DNA of 64,000 bases, taken from contig CAVPPB010000003.1 of NCBI GenBank assembly GCA_963707215.1, forward strand, positions 321,415-385,414, written 5' to 3'. Source of the stretch: an uncultured Chloroflexia bacterium (GTDB lineage Bacteria > Chloroflexota > Limnocylindria > Limnocylindrales > CSP1-4). Position numbers and translations under genes: made by a program. The notes below the pieces were generated by a model. The model saw only the letters and a program-made list of their open reading frames with translations. It was not told the DNA's origin and searched no databases. Shown piece after piece: positions 1 to 9,812 of this stretch; position 1 is the first letter of the stretch; each line of letters starts with the position of its first letter.

Positions 1-158
1 ACCGCGCCGGTCCGGTCCGCCAGCTCCGGCGACGCCAGGGAGGCGGGCGCTGGCTGGGTGGCAGGCTCCGTCTCGGCCCCGGCGGCCCCGGGATCTGCCT
101 GGGGCTCGCTCGCCACGGGGCGCTGCGGATCGGAGGCCTGGGGTCGCGGCTCGCTCAT
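1..158 (-). CDS. hypothetical protein, N-terminal fragment (continues beyond window start)
   Basis: ATG at 158-156 overlaps the stop of the upstream gene (ATGA). GAGGAG lies 5 nt upstream and third positions are G/C-rich (MSEPRPQASDPQRPVASEPQADPG...). No domain recognised. Confidence 0.35.
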   Translation of the reverse strand, partial: MSEPRPQASDPQRPVASEPQADPGAAGAETEPATQPAPASLASPELADRTGA

Positions 159-1228
159 GAGGGCTCCTCGTCTCGCGGCTCCGGGCCATCGGCGGCGCGC
201 TGGGCGGTGTCCTCGGCACCCCGAACGGCATCCGTCGCAGCGGTGGTCGCGTCGGCGGCCGCCGCGTCGGCGGTCTCGACAGCCTCCTGGGCTGCATCGG
301 CGGCTTGCTGCGCAGCCGGGGCCGTCTCGTCGGGCCTCACGCCCAGGAACACGAGTGTCTCGCGAGCGGTCTCGACGGTCTGCTCCGGGTAGAACCGGGC
401 CCGGAACGAATCCTCGTCGACGCCGCGTCGCGACAGGTCGTAGAGCATGAAGCCGATCCAGCCGAGCAGACCCACCAGGACCCCCAGGGCGATCCCGACC
501 TGGAGCCCGAAGGCGATCGCCGTGAAGGCCCCGACGAGGACGCCGACCAGCGTCCCCGTCACCAGCCCGTTGACGATCGAGGACGGTCCGCCCTGCCAGG
601 CTCCGATGATGGCACCCACGACGGCTCCTGCGATCGCCGAGAGCATCGCGGCAGTGACGAGCAGGCGCCACTCCTCGGCAAGATCGAGGTTCATCGCGTC
701 GGCGACCGCTTCCCAGAAGATGTTCGTCACGTTCAGCGCGAAGATCACCGCGGCGACGAAGCCGACGAGGACGCCGAGGACGACGGCGAGCTCGACCGGG
801 CGCGGGTTCGGATCGAGGAACAGGACGATCGCGGTCACCGCGATGGCTGCCGAGAAGATGGCACCGTGAAGCACGCCCCAGCCCATCGAGCCGAAGAGCC
901 ACTCCCCGAGGAAGAGCGTGCTGCCGACCGGCACCAGGATCGCGATGAACAGCACCATCGCGATGGCGATGCCGAACTCGGCGGCAGCGATCTTGACGTT
1001 GTCGAGGATGGGCCGGAACTCGGTCCGGGCGAGCTCGACGTGGGCGTCGAGCAGCCCGCGCCCTGCCTCGAACGTCCGCTTGGTCTGGTCGCGCAGCCCA
1101 GGGCGCCTGGGGCGGCGCGGTGCGGCACCCCCGGGTCGATCGGCAGCAGTCAACGGATCCCTATCCCTCCGGTGCGTGGCCCGATGATACGACCCGGCAG
1201 CGGAGCCGGGCACCGCACGGTCCATCAC
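155..1228 (-). CDS. multi-pass membrane protein with a Holin-X/DUF1469-like N-terminal segment and an Ala/Asp/Glu-rich C-terminal tail
   Basis: 357-aa ORF. An amphipathic segment (HVELARTEFRPILDNVK) is followed by several hydrophobic helices. Start is uncertain (GTG 1228 or ATG 1225). Confidence 0.6.
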   Translation of the reverse strand: MMDRAVPGSAAGSYHRATHRRDRDPLTAADRPGGAAPRRPRRPGLRDQTKRTFEAGRGLLDAHVELARTEFRPILDNVKIAAAEFGIAIAMVLFIAILVPVGSTLFLGEWLFGSMGWGVLHGAIFSAAIAVTAIVLFLDPNPRPVELAVVLGVLVGFVAAVIFALNVTNIFWEAVADAMNLDLAEEWRLLVTAAMLSAIAGAVVGAIIGAWQGGPSSIVNGLVTGTLVGVLVGAFTAIAFGLQVGIALGVLVGLLGWIGFMLYDLSRRGVDEDSFRARFYPEQTVETARETLVFLGVRPDETAPAAQQAADAAQEAVETADAAAADATTAATDAVRGAEDTAQRAADGPEPRDEEPS

Positions 1229-1349
1229 ACGGGCCCAGCTCGGTCCATCATCCGACCCGAGGGCGCGTCTGGCGGGCCTGCTAGGCTGCCGGCGTGATCA
1301 GCCCTTCGCGGGCACGCCCTGCCAGAGCGGGATCCCGCCACGAGGTCCC

Positions 1350-2582
1350 ATGGAACCCGAACGACGCTCCATCCTGACCGCCGCCATCCTCTCGGTCGGC
1401 ACCGAGATCACGACCGGGACGATCCGCGATACGAACGCGGGCGAGCTCGCCCGGGAGCTGAGCGATCTCGGGGTCACGGTGACCGGGCTGGCTGCCCTGC
1501 CCGACGATCTCGATGCCCTGGTGACGGCGCTCCGGGAGCGGCTCGCGGTCGCTGACGCGGTCATCACCACTGGCGGCCTCGGACCGACCCCGGACGACCT
1601 CACCAGGGAGGCGATCGCACTCGTCGCCGACGAGACCCCGGTGGTCGACCCGGAGGTCGAGGCCTGGCTCCGATCACTGTGGGCTCGCCGCGGGATGCCC
1701 TACCCCGAGTCCAACCAGAAGCAGGCCTGGCGGATCCCCTCGTCGACGGTCCTGCCGAACGGCAACGGGACCGCACCCGGCTGGTGGGTCGACCTGCCCG
1801 ACGAGCGGATCGTGATCGCCCTGCCCGGCCCACCGCGAGAGATGCGACCGATGTGGCGGGATCGCGTGCTGCCCCGGCTCCGCGAGCGGGACCTCGGACA
1901 GCCACGGGTCGTGCGAACGCTGCGGCTCATCGGGATCGGCGAGTCACAGCTCGCCGACGAGCTCGGCGACCTCCTCCGGGCCGCCGAGCCGGTGATCGCG
2001 ACGTACGCACGAGCCGACGCGGTGGATGTCCGGGTCACCGCGGTCGGCCCGGAGACCGCCGCTCCCGCTGCGGCACGGTCCCGGGCCGAGGAGCTGGCTG
2101 CCGCCGCCGAGGCAGAGCTCGTGGCCCGCATCGGTGCCCACGTGTGGGGCCACGACGACGACACCTGGCCGAAGGTCGTGGGCGACGCCCTGGCGAGGCT
2201 CGGCCGTCGCCTGGCCATCGTGGAGTGCGGGACCGGTGGCCGCCTCGCCGCGCTGCTGGCCGACACCCCCGGTCTGCTGGAGAGTCGCTCGCTGGCGGCC
2301 GAGGCACGTGCGGCCGAGCGGATCGGGCGGGGTCGACCGGCCGCCGACGGGCTCGAGCGGCTCGCCGCCGACGTGGCCGCCGAGACCGGCGCCGAATGGG
2401 TCCTGGCCCTGGCCGCCGTCCCGCTCGGATCGGACACGGAGATCACGGTGCTTCTGGCCGCCGACGGCGCCCTGCGCTCCGAGCGTCACCTCGCACCGGT
2501 CAGCGGGGCGACCGCCGCCGGAAGGGCCTCGCTCGTCGCGGTCGCCCACCTGCACGGGGCGTTGCGCGACGCCCTGCGGTAG
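1350..2582 (+). CDS. cinA: CinA family protein (MoCF-biosynthesis-like domain plus PncC-like nicotinamide-nucleotide amidase domain)
   Basis: N-terminus is AAILSVGTEITTGTIRDTNAGELARELSDLG...VITTGGLGPTPDDLTREA. C-domain has IVECGTGGRLAALLAD (ESCTGG-like). Confidence 0.85.
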   Translation: MEPERRSILTAAILSVGTEITTGTIRDTNAGELARELSDLGVTVTGLAALPDDLDALVTALRERLAVADAVITTGGLGPTPDDLTREAIALVADETPVVDPEVEAWLRSLWARRGMPYPESNQKQAWRIPSSTVLPNGNGTAPGWWVDLPDERIVIALPGPPREMRPMWRDRVLPRLRERDLGQPRVVRTLRLIGIGESQLADELGDLLRAAEPVIATYARADAVDVRVTAVGPETAAPAAARSRAEELAAAAEAELVARIGAHVWGHDDDTWPKVVGDALARLGRRLAIVECGTGGRLAALLADTPGLLESRSLAAEARAAERIGRGRPAADGLERLAADVAAETGAEWVLALAAVPLGSDTEITVLLAADGALRSERHLAPVSGATAAGRASLVAVAHLHGALRDALR

Positions 2583-2627
2583 GGCTCGGCCGGATCGGCT
2601 GGCCCGCCGGCCGAGGCGGCCCTTGGA

Positions 2628-3704
2628 CTACGTGATCGTCAGGATCGGGGCCTCGGCCTGATCGGCGCGGATGCTCATGCGGGCGGCCACCTGCTGGGCC
2701 AGCCGGGTCATCGCCTCGGCGGCCGGACCCGGCTCGCGCTGGGCGACCGCCGGCACGCCGACGTCGCCACCCTGGCGCACGGTGACGTCGAGCGGGATGC
2801 CGCCCAGGAAGTCGAGCCCCTGCTCGGCGGCGAAGCGCTCCCCGCCCCCGCGCCCGAAGATCTCGGTCGTCTCGCCGCAATGGGCACAGACGAAGCCGCT
2901 CATGTTCTCGATGACGCCGATCACCGGGACGCTCATCCGACGGAGCATCGAGAGCGCCTTGCCGACATCCGACAGCGAGACCTCCTGAGGGGTCGTGACG
3001 AGGACCGTGCCACTGATCGGCACGGCCTGGGCGAGCGTCAGCTGGGCATCGGACGTGCCGGGCGGCAGGTCGACGACGAGGTAGTCGAGCTCTCCCCACT
3101 CCACGTCCCGCAGGAACTGCTGGATGGCGCCCCCGACGAGCGGACCGCGCCAGACGATGGGCTGGCCATCGGGGACGAAGAACTGGATCGAGATGACCTT
3201 GACCCCGTAGCGCTCCAGCGGCTCGATCTTGTTGTCCGGGCTCGCCTTGGGCTGGCCGTCGACCCCCAGCATCATCGGGATGTTCGGCCCGGTGATGTCG
3301 GCATCGAGCAAGCCGACCGATGCCCCGGCCCGGGCGAGCGCGACGGCGAGATTCACGCTGACGGTGCTCTTGCCGACGCCGCCCTTGCCGGAGGCCACGG
3401 CGATGATGTTCTTGACGCCAGGGACCAGCTGCTCGGGCGCACGCGGGCTCGCGCGCCGGACGGTGGCGCCCCAGGCGATATCGATCGAGGTCGCGCCCAG
3501 GGGCGCCAGCGCCGCCCGGGCCTCGGTCTCGATCTGGTCCTTGAGAGGACAGGCGGGCGTCGTCAGCTCGATCGTGAAGGCGATCCGACCGTCGTCGACG
3601 ACGAGGTCCTTGATCATCTGGCGGGTCACCAGGTCGCCGCCGAGCTCCGGCTCCTGGACGGTTCGAAGGACGTCGTACACGGCGGCTTCGTCGAGCGTGG
3701 TCAT
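2628..3704 (-). CDS. mrp: Mrp/NBP35/ApbC family Fe-S cluster carrier ATPase with an N-terminal DUF59-like domain
   Basis: IIAVASGKGGVGKSTVSVNLAVALA deviant Walker A, a CxxC (CAHCGE), and N-terminal LRTVQEPELGGDLV. Confidence 0.9.
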   Translation of the reverse strand: MTTLDEAAVYDVLRTVQEPELGGDLVTRQMIKDLVVDDGRIAFTIELTTPACPLKDQIETEARAALAPLGATSIDIAWGATVRRASPRAPEQLVPGVKNIIAVASGKGGVGKSTVSVNLAVALARAGASVGLLDADITGPNIPMMLGVDGQPKASPDNKIEPLERYGVKVISIQFFVPDGQPIVWRGPLVGGAIQQFLRDVEWGELDYLVVDLPPGTSDAQLTLAQAVPISGTVLVTTPQEVSLSDVGKALSMLRRMSVPVIGVIENMSGFVCAHCGETTEIFGRGGGERFAAEQGLDFLGGIPLDVTVRQGGDVGVPAVAQREPGPAAEAMTRLAQQVAARMSIRADQAEAPILTIT

Positions 3705-3931
3705 CTCGTCGGGAAGGCTCCTGGGGCTGCGGGACGCGGGCTGGCCGTGGCTTCGGTGGCACCCGGTTCCCCTATCCTACGGCGTCCGCGCCGATGACCT
3801 GCCGGATCGGAGTTGACACCCGCTTCCGCGCGCTCCTATGGTGGGCGCGCCCAGACGAGCCGGGCTCGTCGTGCGCCGTGTCGTGGAGGAGGACCCGGCC
3901 GAAGGGCGGCGAGCTGGGAGAGCGTTGGATC

Positions 3932-5032
3932 GTGGCCACGATCGAGGTCCGCCTGACGGACGTCGTGAAGCGGTTCGGCGACATCGTCGCCGTCGACCAC
4001 ATCGATCTCGAGGTCAATGACGGCGAGTTCTTCTCGCTGCTGGGGCCGTCGGGGTGCGGCAAGACGACCACCCTCCGGATGATCGGCGGCTTCGACCAGC
4101 CGACCTCCGGGCTCATCGAGCTCCAGGGCGAGGACGTCACCTGGCTGCCGCCGTACCGGCGCAACGTGAACACCGTCTTCCAGAACTACGCCCTCTTCCC
4201 GCACCTCTCGATATTCGACAACGTGGCCTTCGGGCTGCGGCGCAAGAAGGTCGCCGCCACCGAGGTGAAGACGCGGGTCAAGGAGATGCTCGACCTGGTC
4301 GAGCTGAGCGGCTTCGAGAAGCGCCGCCCGAACCAGATCTCCGGAGGCCAGGCCCAGCGGGTGGCCCTCGCTCGGGCACTGGTCAACAAGCCGGCGGTGC
4401 TCCTCCTCGACGAGCCGCTCGGCGCGCTCGATCTGAAGCTCAGGAAGCAGATGCAGGTCGAGCTGAAGCGGATCCAGCAGGAGGTCGGGATCACCTTCAT
4501 CTACGTGACCCACGACCAGGAGGAGGCGATGACGATGTCGGATCGCATCGCCGTGATGAACCTCGGCCACTACGAGCAGCTCGACGACCCGGAGAGCCTG
4601 TACGAGCGCCCGGCGACCCGCTTCGTGGCCGGGTTCCTGGGGGTCAGCAACCTCCTGCCCGGCCGCCTCGACGGCACCGCCGACGGCTACGGGGTCGTCC
4701 GCCTCGACGACGACACGGCCGTTCGGGTGCCGCTTTCGATGGTCGAAGGCCGGACGGATTTCGAGGTCGGCGTGCGGCCCGAGAAGATCCGCCTCCTCGA
4801 ACGTGATGAGGAGGCTCCAGCCGGCCACAACGTCATCAGCGGCACGGTGCGCGACGCGTCCTACATCGGCGTCAGCACCCAGTACATCGTCCAGGCTCGG
4901 GGCGGTGCGAAGCTGACCGTCTACGAGCAGAACATCACCCGGGCCACCCGGAGCGACCTCTGGCGCCCCGGGGAGCAGGTCAATCTCGCCTGGGATCCGG
5001 ACCACTCGTTCGCGGTCCGGCCAAGTGCGTGA
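3932..5032 (+). CDS. potA: spermidine/putrescine-type ABC importer ATP-binding protein
   Basis: Walker A GPSGCGKTT, Q-loop VFQNYALFPHLS, signature ISGGQAQRVALARAL, Walker B LLLDEPLGALD, and a C-terminal TOBE-like domain. Start moved to GTG 3932 behind GGGAGAG; the listed upstream 46 aa look non-coding. Confidence 0.9.
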   Translation: MATIEVRLTDVVKRFGDIVAVDHIDLEVNDGEFFSLLGPSGCGKTTTLRMIGGFDQPTSGLIELQGEDVTWLPPYRRNVNTVFQNYALFPHLSIFDNVAFGLRRKKVAATEVKTRVKEMLDLVELSGFEKRRPNQISGGQAQRVALARALVNKPAVLLLDEPLGALDLKLRKQMQVELKRIQQEVGITFIYVTHDQEEAMTMSDRIAVMNLGHYEQLDDPESLYERPATRFVAGFLGVSNLLPGRLDGTADGYGVVRLDDDTAVRVPLSMVEGRTDFEVGVRPEKIRLLERDEEAPAGHNVISGTVRDASYIGVSTQYIVQARGGAKLTVYEQNITRATRSDLWRPGEQVNLAWDPDHSFAVRPSA

Positions 5033-5075
5033 GGCCGACGATCTGGACCCAAGCGTCCCGCTAGGAGGACCGGCG

Positions 5076-6275
5076 ATGACCGAGACACGGACCGAGCACG
5101 ATGCGCTGGCGGCGCTGTCCCGGCGGACCTTCCTCCAGGGATCAGCCCTGGCTGGATTCGGGGCCTTCCTGGCGGCCTGTAGCAGCGGAGCAACGCCCGA
5201 ACCATCGGCCGGCGCTTCGATGGAGCCCGACGGTGGGGAGATCGTCGGACCGCTGAACTGGGCCAACTGGCCGGCCTACATCGACCTCAACGACGAGGAG
5301 ACCGAATCGCCGACCCTGGTGGCCTTCGAGGAGGAGTTCGGGATCGAGGTCAACTACGTCGAGGACATCCAGAGCAACGAGGACTTCTTCGCGACGCTGC
5401 AGCCGTCCCTGTCGGCCGGCCTGGATACGGGCTGGGACCTCATCGTCATGACCGACTACATGGCGGCCCGGCTCGTCAACCTCGGCTGGGTGGAGGAGAT
5501 CAACAAGGCCAACCTCCCGACCGCGGTCGCCAACCTCCGGGAAGGCCTGGAGATCGCCTGGGATATGGACTTCACCTACCACTTCCCGTACCAGTCGGGC
5601 GCCACGGCCGTCGGCTACAACTCGGTCTCGACTGGTCGCGACCTGACCTCCATCGGCGATCTCTTCGACCCGGCCTTCAAGGGCAAGGTCACCCTCCTCG
5701 CGGGCTGGCAGGACACGTTCCCGCTGATCGGCCTGTGGCTCTACGACCAGGGCGAGATCGAGCACCTGCCGCCCGAGATGACCAACGAGGACGCCGACGC
5801 GGTCTTCGCGTTCCTGAAGCCCTACGTGGACGATGGCCATATCCGGGCGTTCACCGGCAACGAGTACCTCCAGGACTTCGCCAGCGGCGACACCTGGGTG
5901 GCCGTCGTCTACTCGGGCGACCTGGCCAGCTCCGGCGGTGAGGACGATGTCTTCATCTACCCGGACGAAGGCTCGATCATCTGGACGGACAACTACATGA
6001 TCCCGAACGGCGCCCAGCACAAGGCGGCCGCCGAGGCGATGATCGACTTCACCTACCGGGTCCCGATCGCCACCCAGATGGCCTACTGGATCTACTACAT
6101 CTCGCCGGTCGAGGGCGTGGCCGAGGAGATCATCAACCTCGACCCCGAGGCCGCCGAGAACCCGCTGCTCTTCCCGCCGCCGGAGGTCCAGGAGAAGATG
6201 TACGCCAACCCGGACCTGTCCACCGAGGACGACGAGTACTGGAACGGGCTGGCCCTCGACCTCGAAGGCGCCTAG
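5076..6275 (+). CDS. potD: PotD/PotF-family periplasmic polyamine-binding lipoprotein (Tat signal plus lipobox)
   Basis: AGGAGG then ATG 5076. SRRTFLQGSALAGFGAFLAAC signal/lipobox. NWANWPAYID-type SBP core. Confidence 0.85.
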   Translation: MTETRTEHDALAALSRRTFLQGSALAGFGAFLAACSSGATPEPSAGASMEPDGGEIVGPLNWANWPAYIDLNDEETESPTLVAFEEEFGIEVNYVEDIQSNEDFFATLQPSLSAGLDTGWDLIVMTDYMAARLVNLGWVEEINKANLPTAVANLREGLEIAWDMDFTYHFPYQSGATAVGYNSVSTGRDLTSIGDLFDPAFKGKVTLLAGWQDTFPLIGLWLYDQGEIEHLPPEMTNEDADAVFAFLKPYVDDGHIRAFTGNEYLQDFASGDTWVAVVYSGDLASSGGEDDVFIYPDEGSIIWTDNYMIPNGAQHKAAAEAMIDFTYRVPIATQMAYWIYYISPVEGVAEEIINLDPEAAENPLLFPPPEVQEKMYANPDLSTEDDEYWNGLALDLEGA

Positions 6276-6287
6276 ACAGCGGACTCC

Positions 6288-6309
6288 GGGGCCCGCGGAC
6301 GCGGGCCCC
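6288..6309 (+). other. intra-operon GC hairpin directly after the binding-protein gene
   Basis: GGGGCCCGC-ggac-GCGGGCCCC, a 9-bp perfect stem 13 nt after the potD stop and about 30 nt before the potB start. Confidence 0.5.
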
Positions 6310-6338
6310 TCCCGCATCGGGGAGGGATCGACCGGCCG

Positions 6339-7397
6339 ATGGGCGAGTGGCTCCGCCGTCACAAGGGGGCGATCCCCTGGCTGCTGATGCTGCCGGGGCT
6401 GCTCTGGCTGGTCATCTTCTTCGTCGTCCCGAACATCCGGATGCTCCAGATGGCGCTGTCGACCGGGACGCTGCTGTCAGGGTTCCAGAGCCCGCCGGAG
6501 GTCTGGGCGTTCTCGAACTTCCCGGACAACATCTCCAAGTTCAGCACCAACCTGATCAATTCGCTGGTGTACGGGGGCCTGGCGACGGCGCTGTGCTTCC
6601 TGATCGGCTACCCGCTCGCCTACGCGATCGCCTTCCGCGGGGGCCGCTACAAGAACCTGCTCCTGTTCCTGGTCATCGCGCCGTTCTTCACCAGCTTCCT
6701 CATCCGGACGATCTCCTGGAAGATCATCCTGGGCAACGACGGGCCGTTCCTGGTGGTCGTCCGTGACATCGCCGGCCTGGTGCCCTCGAACTTCACGATC
6801 ATCGGCACCCCGCTGGCCGTCGTCGCCGGGCTCACGTACGAGTTCCTGCCCTTCATGGTCCTGCCCCTGTACGTGGCCCTGGAGCGAGTCGACAAGCGCC
6901 TCATCGAGGCGGCCCAGGACCTCTATGCCGGTCCCTGGCGCCCCGGGGGCTCGATCGTCGGCATGATCGTCGGAGCCGGCATGGCGATCGCCATCGGGGT
7001 CGGGCTCGGCTACGCCCGCTTCCTGGGCGACGGAGCCGACCCGCTCGGAGTGGCGATCTGGGGCGTCACCGGGGGCTTCCTCGGGTTCCTCGTCGGAACG
7101 GCGATGATCTCCCAGTCGTTCGTCAGGGTGACCTTCCCGCTGACGCTGCCCGGAGTCTTCGCCGGGTCGCTGCTGGTCCTCATCCCGACGCTCGGCGACT
7201 ACGTGAACGCCGAGCTCCTCGGGAGCCCCAAGACCCAGATGCTGGGCAACGTCATCCAGGGCCGGTTCCTGAACCAGAACGACTACCCGGTCGCGGCCTC
7301 GCTCGCCTTCGTCCTCATGGCCGCCATCCTCGTCGGCATCTTCCTCTACGCCCGGGTCCTCGGCACCGAGGAGCTCGAGCAGGCGTCCGCGTTTTGA
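6339..7397 (+). CDS. potB: ABC transporter permease (PotB-like)
   Basis: Six or more hydrophobic helices. RBS GGGGAGGGA upstream. 4-nt overlap with the next permease. Confidence 0.85.
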   Translation: MGEWLRRHKGAIPWLLMLPGLLWLVIFFVVPNIRMLQMALSTGTLLSGFQSPPEVWAFSNFPDNISKFSTNLINSLVYGGLATALCFLIGYPLAYAIAFRGGRYKNLLLFLVIAPFFTSFLIRTISWKIILGNDGPFLVVVRDIAGLVPSNFTIIGTPLAVVAGLTYEFLPFMVLPLYVALERVDKRLIEAAQDLYAGPWRPGGSIVGMIVGAGMAIAIGVGLGYARFLGDGADPLGVAIWGVTGGFLGFLVGTAMISQSFVRVTFPLTLPGVFAGSLLVLIPTLGDYVNAELLGSPKTQMLGNVIQGRFLNQNDYPVAASLAFVLMAAILVGIFLYARVLGTEELEQASAF

Positions 7398-8332
7398 GCA
7401 GCGCGACGGCACCCTCGGCCGCCCCGGGCCTCTCGCGGCCGTCGGCGGTCACCCGCTTCGCCCGCACGGTGGACCGCTACGGCCTCTGGATCTACACCTT
7501 CCTGGCCGTCGGCTACCTGCTCGTCCCGATCATCGTCATGATCGTGTTCTCCTTCAACAAGCCGGACGGGAAGTTCAACTTCGTCTGGAAGGAGTTCTCG
7601 ATCGACGCCTGGCTCGCGCCGCTGTCCCGGCCCGGGTTGGCGGAGGCGCTCGGGACGAGCCTGGCCGTCGCCTTCCTGGCGACGCTCGCCGCGACGGCCA
7701 TCGGCACGCTCATCGCGCTGGCTCTCGTCCGCTACCAGTTCCGCGGACGTACCGGGGCCAGCCTGTTCATCTTCATCCCGATGGCCACCCCCGAGATCGT
7801 GATGGGCGCCAGCCTCCTGACCCTCTTCGTGGGGACGGCCTCTGGCGAGCCGTGGCGCACGCTCATCCCCCCGGGCGTCCTCTACCCGCTGGGATTCAAC
7901 ACGATCCTCATCGCCCACATCCTGTTCCTCATCAGCTTCGTCGTGGTGACCGTCCGGGCCCGCATCTCCGGCTTCGACCGTCGCCTCGAGGAGGCAGCGA
8001 TGGATCTTGGGGCGAACGAGTGGACGACCTTCTGGCGGGTGACCTTCCCGCTGATCTTCCCGGGCATCCTGGCCGCCTCGCTGCTGGCCTTCTCACTCTC
8101 GATCGACGACTTCATCATCACCAACTTCACGTCGGGCCTGACGAACACCTTCCCGGTCTGGATCTGGGGGACGATCCGGAACAACCTCCCGGTCCAGGTG
8201 AACGTCATCGGCACGATCATCTTCGCGACGGCCGTGGGGATCGTCCTCTTCGGCACTCTCTGGAGCCGCCGGCACGACCTTCGCGAGCAGCGGAAGGTGC
8301 AGGCGCCGCGACAGGAGGGCGCCGAGGGCTGA
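7394..8332 (+). CDS. potC: ABC transporter permease (PotC-like)
   Basis: EAA-like loop (RRLEEAAMDLGANEWTTFWRVTFPLI), hydrophobic helices, ATGA-type overlap with potB. Confidence 0.85.
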   Translation: MSSATAPSAAPGLSRPSAVTRFARTVDRYGLWIYTFLAVGYLLVPIIVMIVFSFNKPDGKFNFVWKEFSIDAWLAPLSRPGLAEALGTSLAVAFLATLAATAIGTLIALALVRYQFRGRTGASLFIFIPMATPEIVMGASLLTLFVGTASGEPWRTLIPPGVLYPLGFNTILIAHILFLISFVVVTVRARISGFDRRLEEAAMDLGANEWTTFWRVTFPLIFPGILAASLLAFSLSIDDFIITNFTSGLTNTFPVWIWGTIRNNLPVQVNVIGTIIFATAVGIVLFGTLWSRRHDLREQRKVQAPRQEGAEG

Positions 8333-8458
8333 GCCCGGCGGTACGCTGCCACGGCACGCCCCGCGGGCGCCACGACCCGGCCGGTGGTCGGACCGGGCCG
8401 TCCCCCGGGCACCGAACGAGCCGAGCCTGATCTACGACCGACCACGAAAGGCGATCCG

Positions 8459-9769
8459 ATGATCCAGACCCAGTCGCCCGCCACCCTCCCCGATCGCTCG
8501 GTCGTCCCGGCGGTCTGGGGCCGGATCACGAACCTGACCGTGGACCACGGTGAGGGCAGCTGGCTCGTGACGCTCGACGGTGAGCGCTATCTGGACTACA
8601 GCTCCGGGATCGGGGTGACGAACACCGGCCACGCCCATCCGCGGGTCGTGGCTGCCGTCCAGGAGCAGGCGGCGAAGCTCCTCCACGGCCAGCAGAACAT
8701 CGTCTATCACGAGGCCGGCCTGCGGCTCTACGAGCGACTCCGCCACGTCCTGCCCGGCGGGCCCTGGCAGGCGTTCCTCTCGAACAGCGGGGCGGAGGCC
8801 GTCGAGGCGGCGGTCAAGCTGGCCCGGGTCGCGACGGGCCGACCCGTCGTCATCTCGTTCCGCTACGGCTTCCACGGCCGGACCGGCCAGGCCATGGCCC
8901 TCACCGCGGCCAAGGATGTGTACCGAGCGGCGTTCGAGCCGCTGCCGGGCTCGGTCCACCATGCCGCCTACCCGTACTGCTACCGGGCACCGGGTGGTTC
9001 GCACGACCCCGCGGCCTGCACCTGCGACTGGGAAGCGCAGCTGGACCTGCTCTTCCACCAGCTGATCTACCCGGACAAGGTCGCCGCGATCATCGTGGAG
9101 CCCGTCATCGGCGAGGGCGGCTACATCGTGCCGCCACCGGCCTTCCTGCCGCGGCTGCGGGAGATCACCCGCCAGCACGGCATCCTGCTCGTGGCCGACG
9201 AGGTCCAGAGCGGCTTCGGGCGGACCGGCGAGCTCTTCGCGGTCCGCCACTGGGACGTGGAGCCGGACATCATGGTCATGGCCAAGGGCATCGCCTCGGG
9301 CCTGCCGCTCTCGGGCATCGTGGCCCGCGAGGACGTGATGGCGACCTGGAAGCCCGGCGTCCACGGCGGGACGTACGGTGGCAACGTCGTCGCCTGCGCT
9401 GCCGCCAACGCGACGCTCGACGTCATCGAGGACGAGGGACTGGTCGAGAACGCCCGCGTTCGCGGGGCGCAGTTCCTCGCAGGGCTCCGCGAGCTCGCGG
9501 CCCGCCACCGCTCGATCGGCGACGTCCGAGGGCTCGGCCTCATGGTCGCGCTCGAGCTCGTCCGGCCCGACGAGGGGGACGGGCGGGTGCCGGATCCCGA
9601 CCTCACCAGGCGGATCCAGGCCGAGGCGCTCGATCGGCGGCTCATCGTCCTGACGGCCGGCACCTACGCCAACGTGGTCCGGATCATCCCGCCGCTGGTC
9701 ACCACGGCCGAGGAGGTCGACCTGGCCCTCTCGGTGCTCGGCGAGGGCCTGGCCGCGGCCGGCGCCTGA
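8459..9769 (+). CDS. class-III (aspartate aminotransferase family) aminotransferase, GabT/putrescine-aminotransferase-like
   Basis: SGAEAVEAAVKLAR, LLVADEVQSGFGRTGELFA, and the PLP-lysine context MVMAKGIASG. Start set at ATG 8459 behind GAAAGG. Confidence 0.9.
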   Translation: MIQTQSPATLPDRSVVPAVWGRITNLTVDHGEGSWLVTLDGERYLDYSSGIGVTNTGHAHPRVVAAVQEQAAKLLHGQQNIVYHEAGLRLYERLRHVLPGGPWQAFLSNSGAEAVEAAVKLARVATGRPVVISFRYGFHGRTGQAMALTAAKDVYRAAFEPLPGSVHHAAYPYCYRAPGGSHDPAACTCDWEAQLDLLFHQLIYPDKVAAIIVEPVIGEGGYIVPPPAFLPRLREITRQHGILLVADEVQSGFGRTGELFAVRHWDVEPDIMVMAKGIASGLPLSGIVAREDVMATWKPGVHGGTYGGNVVACAAANATLDVIEDEGLVENARVRGAQFLAGLRELAARHRSIGDVRGLGLMVALELVRPDEGDGRVPDPDLTRRIQAEALDRRLIVLTAGTYANVVRIIPPLVTTAEEVDLALSVLGEGLAAAGA

Positions 9770-9812
9770 GGTCTCGGACGGTCGACCCGGGACCCGTATC
9801 GACCGGCGCGCG

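Noticed and set aside
155-1228. Holin-X-like membrane protein as a hint of a prophage
   Set aside because: No integrase, terminase, capsid, tail or lysin genes, att-like repeats or compositional break are visible nearby. This family is common as a chromosomal stress-associated membrane protein in actinobacteria.
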